Positions 30,960 to 41,146 are shown, numbered from the stretch's first letter. The stretch is DNA of 64,000 nt from Nitrospirota bacterium (GCA_963710375.1 CAVPZX010000003.1:64001-128000); one strand, 5' to 3'. Made by a program: numbers and translations. The notes: a model not told the origin generated them from the letters alone.

Positions 30960-31154
30960 ATGAGTCGGCAACTGTTAAAAGCAATCGTCTCTATCCTGAG
31001 GGAATCCCCCCTTTACAAAACGTTTTCACCCGAGGAGAAACGCACCATAATAAAAGGGCTGGCTGAGAGTTACTCGTTTCTCGATGATGGTAAAGGCGGA
31101 GACATAGTAGGATATGAGTCGAGTTGGGCTGGAATTATTCAGACCAATAAGTAA
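30960..31154 (+). CDS. Small hypothetical protein with ILRESPLY motif
   Basis: AAGGAGGTG RBS before ATG at 30960; motif shared with 6535-6657. Confidence 0.65.
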   Translation: MSRQLLKAIVSILRESPLYKTFSPEEKRTIIKGLAESYSFLDDGKGGDIVGYESSWAGIIQTNK

Positions 31155-31286
31155 AATGGCGCACTAAAGAAGTGATCCAGTGGTCTTTTGCTGCAGTTAG
31201 CAACTGGCCTTTCTTTCCTTTATCATTCCTTTTTTAAGATACTTTTTTCCCATTTGAGGAAATAATTCCAATAATTATTCTGTTGA

Positions 31287-32042
31287 TTATCTTTTACTGT
31301 CAACATAAATATCGATGAATCTTCGCATGTGCACTATAGACTTTATATGAGCCAGAATGAGGTCTATATAGCCCTTTTCCTGTAAGCTGTCATGGACATC
31401 CCTTGGCAGGGCAAGTACTTTTTGAGCATCTATAAGGTGCATGTAAACCTTTTGCCCCCGGTGTTCGCAGCAGCCCGCGGCAATCAAATCATGCTTTAGC
31501 AGCGTTTGTACAAATTCCTGAGTTTCTTCAGCCATCTCCGCTACGCTTATAGCAGGGACGACACAGTCACTAAAAATATGGGAGTTTATGGTACCGTCCG
31601 GCATTAGAATGGTATGTCCGGATTCCCCGGAAAATCCAGGGCAGGAAGGTTTTACCGCCACTTTATACCCGCCCTCAAGGTCCTTTACCATGCAAAAGGG
31701 GCGTTGCTTGCACACTAAAGGTCTTTCTTCGCCGAGAATGCATCCTTCCCCTTCGCGCAAGTAGACGCAGTGAGATATCTCCAACGGCGTTTTCAGGAAG
31801 ATGCTGAGGGAACTCTCAGTTTTTCCGTCAGGCAGATTCAATATGTTAAAAGAAAGAGGGAAATACTGCGAAAGGCGAGGTATCTCTTTTATAAAAATTA
31901 CGGCTTCCAGGAACATAAAGCAACAAGAGTCTGTACAATCAGCTCCCAGGCAGCGCCATTTTCTGTTCCTCTCTTTTAGGGAATCGAGCAGCTCAACCTC
32001 TTCCTTTTTTTGAGACTGATCATCAGGAATCTTATTCTCCAA
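31287..32042 (-). CDS. YkgJ-type cysteine-cluster (CxxCxxCC-like) protein
   Basis: C....CTDSCC, CVYL...GC....RPLVCKQRPF, CPG. Confidence 0.75.
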   Translation of the reverse strand: MENKIPDDQSQKKEEVELLDSLKERNRKWRCLGADCTDSCCFMFLEAVIFIKEIPRLSQYFPLSFNILNLPDGKTESSLSIFLKTPLEISHCVYLREGEGCILGEERPLVCKQRPFCMVKDLEGGYKVAVKPSCPGFSGESGHTILMPDGTINSHIFSDCVVPAISVAEMAEETQEFVQTLLKHDLIAAGCCEHRGQKVYMHLIDAQKVLALPRDVHDSLQEKGYIDLILAHIKSIVHMRRFIDIYVDSKR

Positions 32043-32208
32043 ATACTCTTCTCCTTAACATCCAGGTTTTTCTCTTCGCTGATAATATTATTATAACTCA
32101 AGGGGGCGACAAGGAGACAACACCGGCTAATTGCCCTAATTCACGGAATGTTTTTCATAGGTGTGGGTAGCTCTTTAAACAACTAATTGATTATAATATT
32201 TATCTTAT

Positions 32209-32299
32209 GGAGAGGTGCCGGAGCGGTTGAACGGGGCGGTCTCGAAAACCGTTGTGGGATTATATCTCACCCAGGGTTCGAATCCCTGCCTCTCCGCCA
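32209..32299 (+). tRNA. tRNA-Ser(CGA)
   Basis: Acceptor stem GGAGAGG/CCTCTCC followed by GCCA; anticodon arm GCGGT-CTCGAAA-ACCGT; long variable arm GTGGGA/TCTCAC; T loop GGTTCGAATCC. Confidence 0.96.
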
Positions 32300-32321
32300 T
32301 TTTCAACTCTGACCAGGGATA

Positions 32322-32795
32322 CTATTTCGTTCCAGCCATCACGCGCGTCCAAGTCGTTGACCCTCCTAAGAGAGGGATGCCGATGAAGCCCCTCACATTT
32401 AATTGATCGGGTGAATTGAGTGTAATTCTGCCTCTGTACATCTTGCCGTTGTCCGAGTTGTATATTTTACCGTTCTCCCACAAATTATCGCCGGCGAACA
32501 CAAAGTCATTAAGGATCCGTGTCCCAATCAGAGGTCTTTTTCTCAATTCAGGGTTCGGATTGTTGTGATCCAGTATCGGCGTACCCGGCGCCCCTTCTTT
32601 TGAACCGGCAGGATAAACAGGTTCCTTCAGCCAGGCGATCTTGCCGCAGTATTTTGCGCCGCATTTAAAGATTTCAATTTTTGCGTCTTTTTCCTCGGTA
32701 TTCCACAACCCCAGAATATCGTCCGGACCCGCGGCATAGGCAAATGCTGCGAGCAGTACGCTCGTGGAAACTATAAACGACATACACTGTCTCAT
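32322..32795 (-). CDS. DUF2147-family exported protein
   Basis: G.W, CGKIAWL, D.NNPNP.LR.RPLIG, GKIYN..NGK.Y, VRGFIG....G.TTWTR; start uncertain. Confidence 0.85.
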   Translation of the reverse strand: MRQCMSFIVSTSVLLAAFAYAAGPDDILGLWNTEEKDAKIEIFKCGAKYCGKIAWLKEPVYPAGSKEGAPGTPILDHNNPNPELRKRPLIGTRILNDFVFAGDNLWENGKIYNSDNGKMYRGRITLNSPDQLNVRGFIGIPLLGGSTTWTRVMAGTK

Positions 32796-33059
32796 ATAAA
32801 CCCAGTTGACAAGGCGTCTGATGTCCATCCCGCATTGCAAGTTGTATTAATTGAAATTATAACAGAGTCTGAATACGTTGGAAGATGGTAAAATCTTAAT
32901 TGCAGAAAGCGGATTTTCATTATCCATGGGAATGAATCTGCCTCGCCTCGGCCTTCTTTCTGCCTTGACATTTTAGTTCTTTTGATTGACTTCTCCACAG
33001 ACATTGATAAACTGTAAATATACAAGTACGTGCAAGGTATTAGAAAAGGGGAGGGCTGA

Positions 33060-34278
33060 ATGGCGCATCCAAAGGTTCTTGCATTGGTTCTGGCAGGCGG
33101 GAAAGGCGAGCGGCTTTTTCCGCTTACCGTTTTTCGCTCGAAGCCGGCGGTCCCGTTCGGAGGCAGATACCGTATTGTTGACTTCGTGCTGAGCAACATG
33201 ATTAACTCTCATATCTATTCAATCTATCTCCTTGTGCAATACAAATCCCAATCCCTCATCGAGCATATCAGGAAGAACTGGAGTTTCTCCTCTGTTGTGA
33301 CTGACCATTTTATAGCAGTTGTTCCAGCCCAGATGAGTAAGGGACCAGAGTGGTTCCAGGGCACCTCCGATGCGGTTTATCAAAACATTAACCTTATAAA
33401 GGACCACCATACCGACCATGTGATCATTTTCGGCGCCGACCACATTTACAGGATGGATATAAGGCAGATGATCGACTTCCACCTGGAGAACGACGCCTAT
33501 GTTACGGTCGCTGCCCGTCCCGTACCGCTCGAACAGGCGTCGGACTTCGGAGTAATCGTGACGGACAGCGAAAAACGCATTACCGGGTTCCAGGAGAAGC
33601 CTAAAAATCCTAAACCCATGCCTGGCGATCCTTTTCGGGCCTTTGTATCCATGGGCAATTACATATTCAGAACCGATGTTCTCGGCGATGTCCTTATGAA
33701 AGCTGAGAGAAAAAGAGAACATGATTTTGGCGCCCATATCATACCCAATCTGATAGACACGGGAAAAGTTTTTGCTTATGATTTTGGGACCAATGTAATC
33801 CCAGGCACGAAACCTTACGAGGAACAGGGCTACTGGCGTGATGTCGGGTCTATAGCCTCATATTATGATGCCCACATGGATTTGCTTAGCGATACACCGT
33901 CCTTTGATACTCATAACTCCCGATGGCCGATCCATCCCTCGGCGTTCGAAGGACCTCCTACCAAGATATATGACGCCCGAATAAAGAACAGCCTCATTGC
34001 CGAAGGATCTGTTATCAAAAAAGCTAAAATACAAAATTCCATCATCCACTGCGGTGTGACTATAGAGGATGACACAGTCATAGATGGGTGCATTATTATG
34101 GACCAGGTAACCATCAACAAAGGGTGTCGCCTCCACAAGGTAATAGTGGACAAGTTAAATGTAATCAAAGTACGTGAGGCTGATTGGATTCGATCCTGAC
34201 AAAGACCGCTTCCGCTGTCATTTAGATCAGGCCTCAGGAATAGCTATCATACCGAGAGGCGGCAGGCTCGGCATCTAA
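33060..34278 (+). CDS. glgC: Glucose-1-phosphate adenylyltransferase; apparent +1 frameshift near 34179
   Basis: LAGGKGERLFPLT..RSKPAVPFGG, GADHIY, FQEKP, YWRDVG; C-terminus LIGFDPDKDRFRCH..SGIAIIPRG lies in the +1 frame ending at 34278. Confidence 0.93.
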
Positions 34279-34403
34279 CCCCGCACCTCGACCTAGTCGT
34301 TTTGAGGACAGGGGCTTTTTTCCACAAATAGTTGTGTGCTATAGTTATACAGAAAAAAACCGATAATTAATAATGCATAGTAAAAAAGCATAACGGGGAG
34401 CAG

Positions 34404-35903
34404 ATGAAAAGATTGGGAGTATTGTTTGCTGTCTTAGTCTTTTTTGGACTCACACCACTCTCATTTTCCGGCGACAAACCCTCTGTGGAAAAAAGCGCAC
34501 AACCGGCTGACCGCGAAGCGGTGCACTCCGGGCAAAGCAAAGGGGCGGACATAATGCTGCTTATCGACAGCTCCGGTAGCATGAGGAAGACCGATCCCCA
34601 TGATTACAGGAAGACGGCGGCGGAACTTTTTATATCACTTCTAAGCAGCGATGACCGCGCCGGCGTTGTGAGTTTCGGCGATTCTGCAAAGCTGCTGCTG
34701 CCGCTTACCCGTTGCAGCAAAGAAAGTTATGGTAGGTTCACAAGCGCGATAAACAAGATATCATCAAGGGAGTTTTCTACTAATATTTACGATGGCGTAA
34801 AAATGGGATTCGATGAGCTGAAAACGTCTCAAAGCAGCAAGAAAGTATTGCTCCTTTTGTCGGACGGGAAGCTTACACTCGGTTCAAAAGAGAAAGAAGC
34901 CGAGGCACTCAGCAGCCTTTCCGCATTGCTTCCTAAACTGGTGAAGTCCGGTATTACGCTCTCAACAATAGCGTTCAGCGATCAAGCAGATGCAAAGTTC
35001 CTTGATGACCTGGCAAGGGCCGGAGGGGGGTTCTTCAAACTCGCACTTACTGACCAGGACATACATATCATATTCGCGTCGATGTTCGAGAAAATCAAAT
35101 CTCCTGACGAGGTCCCTTTTGATGGAAATTCATTCAGCATTGATAAGGATATAAAAGAGGCGATAGTTTTCATAAGTAAGAAGGCCGGCACTATGACAAC
35201 ATTGGTGGACCCGTCGGGGAAGAAAAACACCCCGGCAAAATTTGGTCAGAACATACAATGGTACCAGACAAACATTTTTGATTTGATAACAGTCAGTGAC
35301 CCTGTACCTGGAAAGTGGCAAGTTAACCTGAGTACGAAACAAGGCAACAAGGTATTCGTTATAACTAATCTTAGCCTCAAAACTTCGTTCAATACTAATT
35401 TTGTGAATAAAAATGAAAAAGTGAGGGGCGATGTATGGCTTGAGAAGGATGGCGGCATACTGAAAGAAAGGGACATTCTTGATCAGGTGGTATTCTCTGC
35501 GGTCCTTGCAGGACCTGACGGCAAGTCATCTAAAATCGAGCTTCATGCCGGCGGTCAACCGCAGGGGGGAGTATTTTCTTTTGAATTTGTTGTCCCGCAA
35601 ACAGGTGATTATGCACTCACTCTTATGGCTCAGGGCAAGACATTCAAGCGCACGAAGACGATCCAGTTTAAGGCGGTGGAGCATGCGCCTGCGCCGCCGG
35701 CCGCGGAGAAGAATCCCCAGGTACCTGCATTAAATAAGAAGGCTTCAGTGCCTGTCAATACGTGGGGACCGGTCCTGATAAAGTTCGGCATTATAAACGC
35801 AGTGCTTCTTGCGGCGGCCGGAGCCCTTTTTGTGATTAAGAAAATTAAGGATGGCAGGAATAACAGGAAAACAAATAAAAAAGGGAGGGCCTCGAAAAAA
35901 TAA
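34404..35903 (+). CDS. Exported vWA-domain protein with C-terminal TM anchor
   Basis: Signal peptide; MIDAS DSSGS...T...LLSDG; beta-rich middle region; TM plus basic tail. Confidence 0.8.
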   Translation: MKRLGVLFAVLVFFGLTPLSFSGDKPSVEKSAQPADREAVHSGQSKGADIMLLIDSSGSMRKTDPHDYRKTAAELFISLLSSDDRAGVVSFGDSAKLLLPLTRCSKESYGRFTSAINKISSREFSTNIYDGVKMGFDELKTSQSSKKVLLLLSDGKLTLGSKEKEAEALSSLSALLPKLVKSGITLSTIAFSDQADAKFLDDLARAGGGFFKLALTDQDIHIIFASMFEKIKSPDEVPFDGNSFSIDKDIKEAIVFISKKAGTMTTLVDPSGKKNTPAKFGQNIQWYQTNIFDLITVSDPVPGKWQVNLSTKQGNKVFVITNLSLKTSFNTNFVNKNEKVRGDVWLEKDGGILKERDILDQVVFSAVLAGPDGKSSKIELHAGGQPQGGVFSFEFVVPQTGDYALTLMAQGKTFKRTKTIQFKAVEHAPAPPAAEKNPQVPALNKKASVPVNTWGPVLIKFGIINAVLLAAAGALFVIKKIKDGRNNRKTNKKGRASKK

Positions 35904-35927
35904 TGAGCGGAACGGGGCATAATGTAA

Positions 35928-36779
35928 ATGGTGAAGATTGATCCACTTTATTTTTTATTGCTGATAGAGCTTGCCCTTATATTGTTTGTGCTCGCAATCT
36001 TTCTGTTTATTAGGAACAGGAAACATAAAGACCTTTACCAGAAAACATTGAGAAAGTTAAATGACCTTAAGAGCGAAATAAGCGTGGAGACTCTTGACCG
36101 TCCTGCGTCAAGTGAATCAGCTCTTGCTGAAAACCTGCCAGAAAACCTGATGGAGCAGGAGCAGCAGCCGCTTCAGGATTCCGGCGTGGCGGAGTTTATT
36201 GAGTCCGGGCAGCCCGAGGAGAGTGAAGGCGGGGCGATGCCTGGTCAGCTCAGACGGCTGCAGCGCATGGTGAATTCTCAGAAAAGCACTATTCTGGAAC
36301 TAATGTGCTACAAGGATGTGTTTGATGGAGCCAGAAAACGGTTGGCCTTACTGCAAGAGGAAAACAACGGACTGCAGGACAAGATAAAGGACCTTATCAA
36401 GGGCGGCGCTGAAAGTGAAGGGTTTGCAGAGGTCGTGTCCTCGTTAGAAGAAAGTAACCGCGAGGTGGAAAAATTCATAACTATTATTAACAGGGAAGAT
36501 GAAAGGCTTACCGACAAGTTTCAGAGCTGGGAGGAAGAGTTTAAGCGCATCGAAGAGGATATGGAAAAGGGTCCAGATGCAGCGGCTATTGACGATTCAA
36601 AATATGCCGAGATACTTCAGGAAAAAGAAATGCTGACCGCCAGGAGTAAGGAATTCCAGGAGAAACTCGAAGAAAAGGACAAAAACCTCGAAGCCATGCA
36701 GGCCCAATACGAAGACCTCGAAAAAGAATATATGGTCCTTTACCGGCAGCAGCAGGCCCAGCAGCCCCAGGATCAATAG
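35928..36779 (+). CDS. Membrane-anchored acidic coiled-coil protein
   Basis: N-terminal TM; long E/K/Q-rich heptad stretches. Confidence 0.7.
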   Translation: MVKIDPLYFLLLIELALILFVLAIFLFIRNRKHKDLYQKTLRKLNDLKSEISVETLDRPASSESALAENLPENLMEQEQQPLQDSGVAEFIESGQPEESEGGAMPGQLRRLQRMVNSQKSTILELMCYKDVFDGARKRLALLQEENNGLQDKIKDLIKGGAESEGFAEVVSSLEESNREVEKFITIINREDERLTDKFQSWEEEFKRIEEDMEKGPDAAAIDDSKYAEILQEKEMLTARSKEFQEKLEEKDKNLEAMQAQYEDLEKEYMVLYRQQQAQQPQDQ

Positions 36780-37291
36780 ATCAAAGCACCTAATAACCCT
36801 GCGCCAAGAATTACAAAAGTAGGGTCTATCCTTGTAAAGGAGATGACGGCGAAACCGGTTATGGCTATCCCGAAGGTCGGTAAGTCCACGAGGGAAGTGT
36901 GGCCCAGCGAAATGGCCACTGCGCCGAGAAGTCCGATCACCGCTGCCTTTATGCCCCTGAAGCTGGAAAACACAATTATTGAATCCTTATATGCATAATA
37001 GAATTTTGCCACCAGGGTCACAATGATAATGCATGGCAAATAAGAACTGATCATTGCCATGACCGCGCCTGAAAGCCCGTGAATTTTGTATCCGATAAAA
37101 GCGTTCATTACCGTAAGAGGCCCTGGAGTGACCTGTCCTATGGCGATTGCATCCAGAAATTCCTGATTGCTTATCCAGTGATATTTTTCGACGAATTCCT
37201 TTTGAAGCATAGGGAGCATGACAAAGCCTCCACCTATGGTTAATGCATTGACTACAACCAATATCCAGCAGAATTTAAGCAGGACCATCAT
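36773..37291 (-). CDS. chrA: Short-chain chromate transporter, second half of the pair
   Basis: GGG...LP, W....EF.DAIAIGQVTPGP motif. Confidence 0.88.
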   Translation of the reverse strand: MMVLLKFCWILVVVNALTIGGGFVMLPMLQKEFVEKYHWISNQEFLDAIAIGQVTPGPLTVMNAFIGYKIHGLSGAVMAMISSYLPCIIIVTLVAKFYYAYKDSIIVFSSFRGIKAAVIGLLGAVAISLGHTSLVDLPTFGIAITGFAVISFTRIDPTFVILGAGLLGALIY

Positions 37292-37292
37292 C

Positions 37293-37832
37293 TTATTTCC
37301 TCCGCCCATAAACGGCCAGCCCGAGTATGCCGGATGCCAGAATCAGTCCGATGGGGTTAAGCCTGAACAATGCCAGCGCAAAAAAGGACGACAGCGCGAA
37401 GATGGCTGATTTGTAATCTTTGATGGTCTTTACCGCCATTTTGTAAATGATGGAAAGTAGAAGACCAAGCACCGCGGCGCCCACCCCCTTCGTGATTGAA
37501 TGCAACAGATTATTGTCTTTGGCTTTTAAGTAGAAAATTGCGAGCATGATGGCAAGAACAGTCCCGGGGAATGACTGCCCCACAGTCGCAGTCAAAGCAC
37601 CTTTTATTTTTTTTAGCTTGTATCCGACGCAGATCCCCGTATTTACAATGGGTGGTCCCGGCGTCATCTGTCCGATAGCCACTGCTTCAATGAATTCATC
37701 TTGTGTGAGCCACTTGCGTTTTTCGACTAACTCCTTTTCAAAAAAGGCGAGCATGGAATAAACCCCTCCGAAGGAAAAGGCGCCGATTTTAAGGAAAGCT
37801 AAGAAGATTTTTTTTAAAGAAATATTCCTCAT
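37293..37832 (-). CDS. chrA: Short-chain chromate transporter, first half of the pair
   Basis: FLKIGAFSFGG, WLTQDEF...AIGQMTPGP. Confidence 0.88.
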   Translation of the reverse strand: MRNISLKKIFLAFLKIGAFSFGGVYSMLAFFEKELVEKRKWLTQDEFIEAVAIGQMTPGPPIVNTGICVGYKLKKIKGALTATVGQSFPGTVLAIMLAIFYLKAKDNNLLHSITKGVGAAVLGLLLSIIYKMAVKTIKDYKSAIFALSSFFALALFRLNPIGLILASGILGLAVYGRRK

Positions 37833-37910
37833 GACCGTATCTCCTCCGAATCGATTTGCATGGCGTAATTATAACCCTTTTCCATATGGAAAAAAATGAT
37901 GGAAGGGATC

Positions 37911-38088
37911 GGCAGGAGAAGGGGAACACTTGTTTTTTGACGCGATGCACGGGTCTACTGTAACAGGGGCGAGTAACGCCGAGCCCTACCTGAGAATGGA
38001 GTCGGGTATCGCTGCTATGGAAACGTTGGGATTTGCCGACAAACGTAGTTTCAGCGCGTCGAAAAACAAGTGTTCCCCTTCTCCTGCC
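37911..38088. repeat. 178-bp element with 34-bp terminal inverted repeats (MITE-like or structured RNA)
   Basis: ggcaggagaaggggaacacttgttttttgacgcg (37911-37944) versus cgcgtcgaaaaacaagtgttccccttctcctgcc (38055-38088), 33/34 complementary. Confidence 0.8.
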
Positions 38089-38097
38089 CTCCTTAAA

Positions 38098-38126
38098 TTG
38101 ACAAAATACCGATTAAAAACTATAAT
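38098..38126 (+). promoter_or_regulatory. Consensus sigma-70 promoter of trxA
   Basis: TTGACA-17 nt-TATAAT, perfect consensus. Confidence 0.8.
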
Positions 38127-38172
38127 TATTTTAACGGTTTTTTAAATTTTGTGTTACAGATTGGGAGGTATT

Positions 38173-38505
38173 ATGGCTGAAGGGATTGTGGATCTTACGA
38201 GTACGGCGTGGGACAGTGAAGTTTTACAGTCGAGCGGACTGGTTATGGTTGATTTCTGGGCGGTATGGTGCGGTCCTTGCAGGATGATAGCTCCGGCTAT
38301 TGAAGAATTGGCAAAGGAATACGCCGGTAAGATAAAAGTGGGAAAGTTGAATACAGATGAAAATCCCGAGGTTGCGACCAAGTACAAGATAATGGGCATC
38401 CCTACAGTCATGTTTTTCAAAGACGGACAGAAAGTTGACCAGGTAGTGGGCGCTGTCCCCAAACCCCAGCTTAAGGCCAAAATAGACTCGCTTCTGTCAA
38501 CTTAA
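38173..38505 (+). CDS. trxA: Thioredoxin
   Basis: [23 protein letters not shown] before ATG at 38173. Confidence 0.95.
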   Translation: MAEGIVDLTSTAWDSEVLQSSGLVMVDFWAVWCGPCRMIAPAIEELAKEYAGKIKVGKLNTDENPEVATKYKIMGIPTVMFFKDGQKVDQVVGAVPKPQLKAKIDSLLST

Positions 38506-39005
38506 TGAAAAGGCTTTATTATTTTTTTGTTGCAATATTTGTTGTTGTTTCGTTTTTTTCATGTTCTAGGACCGAAAAGGTGGCAACCGGCAGTGCCCCT
38601 ACCTTTGTCCTTTCCACAATCAAAAGTGACAGGCTGGCCCTCAATGATTACAGGGGCAAAGTGGTCATGGTTGAATTTTTCGCGTCGTGGTGTCCTCCAT
38701 GTCAGATGGCGGTGCCTGAACTGAAATCTCTTTATGAACAGTATAGGGGAAAGGGCTTTGTTGTGCTGGGGATAGCAATGGACGATGGGCCTACCGCATT
38801 ATCGAAAGTGAAGAGTTTTGTAAATGAATTCGGGATCCCCTATCCTGTCATGATTGACGATGGCAAAGTAAGCAGACAATACCAGGTGATCAGTATCCCG
38901 ACGAGCGTCATTATCGACAAAGTGGGTAATATCAGATATACGCATATTGGACTGGTCCCTGATTTGGCAAGCACCCTCTCAAAAGAAATACAAACTCTAT
39001 TATAA
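38505..39005 (+). CDS. TlpA/ResA-like thiol-disulfide oxidoreductase lipoprotein
   Basis: Lipobox-like FFSC; FFASWCPPC, SIPTS. Confidence 0.88.
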   Translation: MKRLYYFFVAIFVVVSFFSCSRTEKVATGSAPTFVLSTIKSDRLALNDYRGKVVMVEFFASWCPPCQMAVPELKSLYEQYRGKGFVVLGIAMDDGPTALSKVKSFVNEFGIPYPVMIDDGKVSRQYQVISIPTSVIIDKVGNIRYTHIGLVPDLASTLSKEIQTLL

Positions 39006-39014
39006 AGGGAACAG

Positions 39015-40337
39015 ATGTTCGAATCGCTAAGCGACAAACTTGACGCCATATTCAAGAAATTAAAAGGTAGAGGACTCCTCAAAGAAGAAGACGTTGATGT
39101 TGCGCTTAAGGAGATACGGCTGGCCCTGCTCGAAGCCGATGTGAATTTCAAGGTAGTCAAAGACTTTGTTGATCACGTCCGAGTCAGAGCCATAGGAAAA
39201 GAGGTGCTGGAGAGCCTCTCGCCCGGACAGCAGGTAGTCAAAATAGTGCATGACTCTCTCTGTGAGCTTCTCGGCGTTTCCAATAGCCGCATACAACTTG
39301 CCCCTAATCCCCCCACTATAGTTATGATGATCGGCCTTCAGGGTTCCGGTAAGACTACAACTGCGGCCAAGCTTGCCCTTTTTTTCAAAAAAGAGGGCAG
39401 AAGGCCGCTGCTTGTTGCCGCTGATCTACAGAGACCTGCTGCAATTGACCAGCTCGCAGCACTGGGCAAGCAGATAAGCGTCCCTGTTTTTGCAACAAAA
39501 GAAACAAAAGATCCTGTGGCTGTCTGTGGCGATGCCGTCAAACAGGCAAAATTGGATGGAAGGGACGTAGTTATCCTGGATACTGCCGGTAGATTGCATA
39601 TCAATGAGGACTTGATGAACGAATTGCTGCGGGTAAAGCGCACTGTCAATCCCCGCGAAGTTCTGCTGGTTGCAGATTCCATGACGGGTCAGGATGCCGT
39701 TAACATGGCAAAGAGTTTCAATGAACAGATCGGCATAGATGGCATTATTCTCACCAAGATGGATGGTGATGCCAGGGGCGGCGCTGCGCTTTCGATCAGA
39801 AGCGTTACCGGCAAGCCTATAAAATTTATAGGCTCAGGTGAGAAAATAGATATGCTTGAGCCTTTCTTTCCCGACCGGATTGCCGGCAGAATACTCGGCA
39901 TGGGTGACGTGCTCACACTCATAGAACAGGCCCAGCAGTCCATTGACCAAAAAGAGGCTGAGAGGCTTCAAAAACAGATCATGGAGGAAAGTTTTACGTT
40001 TGAAGACCTGAGGGACCAGCTCAAGAAACTGCGCAGCATGGGCCCGCTCGAAAACCTGCTTGGAATGATTCCGGGAATGAACAAGGCCATGAAGAACGTG
40101 AAGGTGGACGAGAAGGAATTTGTCAAAATAGAAGCCATCATTAATTCAATGACTCCAAAGGAAAGGCGCAACCACAACATCATTAACGGCAGCAGGAGAA
40201 AGCGGATCGCTGCCGGCAGCGGCACAACAACGGCAGATATAAACCGGCTTGTCAAACAATACCTCGAGATGAAGAAGATGATGAAAATGTTTAAAGGGAA
40301 TAAGGGTTTCAGGCTGCCGAAAGGATTTTCTTTTTAA
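39015..40337 (+). CDS. ffh: Signal recognition particle protein
   Basis: [39 protein letters not shown] domain. Confidence 0.98.
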   Translation: MFESLSDKLDAIFKKLKGRGLLKEEDVDVALKEIRLALLEADVNFKVVKDFVDHVRVRAIGKEVLESLSPGQQVVKIVHDSLCELLGVSNSRIQLAPNPPTIVMMIGLQGSGKTTTAAKLALFFKKEGRRPLLVAADLQRPAAIDQLAALGKQISVPVFATKETKDPVAVCGDAVKQAKLDGRDVVILDTAGRLHINEDLMNELLRVKRTVNPREVLLVADSMTGQDAVNMAKSFNEQIGIDGIILTKMDGDARGGAALSIRSVTGKPIKFIGSGEKIDMLEPFFPDRIAGRILGMGDVLTLIEQAQQSIDQKEAERLQKQIMEESFTFEDLRDQLKKLRSMGPLENLLGMIPGMNKAMKNVKVDEKEFVKIEAIINSMTPKERRNHNIINGSRRKRIAAGSGTTTADINRLVKQYLEMKKMMKMFKGNKGFRLPKGFSF

Positions 40338-40463
40338 TTTTTGCCTTGCATACAGGGTCTTGAATATATTAAACTATTCAGTTCTGATAAGGATGTTTTG
40401 ATTCTTTGAGTTATAATTAGTGAAATTCTTAATAGAGTTTTTTATCAATGCGGGAGGTGAAAT

Positions 40464-40700
40464 TTGGTTAAGATCAGGTTGACAAGGATGGGGGCCCATA
40501 AGAAACCGTTTTATAGAATTATTGTGGCTGACAGCAGGGCGAGAAGAGACGGCCCCTTTGTTGAGGTTATAGGCACCTACGATCCAAAGAAAGAGCCATC
40601 TGAAATAAAGGTCAATTTGGAGCGCGCAAAACACTGGATTGAACTTGGCGCACAACCTACGGATACCGTGAGGAAACTATTACAAAGAGCCGGCATGTAG
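40464..40700 (+). CDS. rpsP: 30S ribosomal protein S16
   Basis: [28 protein letters not shown] start. Confidence 0.97.
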   Translation: MVKIRLTRMGAHKKPFYRIIVADSRARRDGPFVEVIGTYDPKKEPSEIKVNLERAKHWIELGAQPTDTVRKLLQRAGM

Positions 40701-40773
40701 AACCGGAGTTTCCCAAACTTAATGTTTTTTGGGGGGAAGTGCTAAACCAATTTGCCAATTTGGAGGTGGAGAG

Positions 40774-41004
40774 ATGAAGACATTGATTGAGACGATGGCT
40801 AAGGCACTGGTTGATAAGCCTGAAGATGTTAAGGTGACTGAAATTGAGGGTGAGAAGACCACGGTATATGAACTCAGAGTATTTCAGACAGATCTTGGCA
40901 AGGTAATCGGCAAGCAGGGGAAAACCGCTCGTGCAATGAGGACGATTCTGGGAGCCGCCGGGACAAAAATTGGTAAACGGTGTGTCCTTGAGATATTAGA
41001 ATAG
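40774..41004 (+). CDS. khpA: KH-domain RNA-binding protein
   Basis: [25 protein letters not shown]; position after rpsP. Confidence 0.92.
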   Translation: MKTLIETMAKALVDKPEDVKVTEIEGEKTTVYELRVFQTDLGKVIGKQGKTARAMRTILGAAGTKIGKRCVLEILE

Positions 41005-41007
41005 AAC

Positions 41008-41146
41008 AAGGCTAAGGTTAAGGTTAAGGTTGAGACAAAAAAAATAGGACGTAGATATTAATACTTTCAATCTTAGCCTTGCCGCTGCCGACTTTGGTAG
41101 TTTTCATCTGAGCCTTAACCTTAACCTCGACCTTAACCTTTACCTC
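41008..41146. repeat. Inverted hexamer tandem repeat (AAGGTT run ... AACCTT run)
   Basis: aaggctaaggttaaggttaaggttgag and agccttaaccttaacctcgaccttaacctttacct; same family as 21832-21950. Confidence 0.85.

Noticed and set aside
32209..32299. tRNA-Sec, or a tRNA used as an integration site
   Set aside because: The anticodon is CGA with a 7-bp acceptor stem, so it is tRNA-Ser. No integrase or duplicated tRNA 3' end was seen in the window.
37911..38088. 6S RNA or a group II intron 3' fragment
   Set aside because: The length fits 6S, but a 34-bp uninterrupted stem with a branched interior does not match the central-bubble structure. AGGGG...CCCTACC resembles domain VI, but there is no domain V (AGC/CGC triad hairpin) before it. 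Left as an unclassified element.
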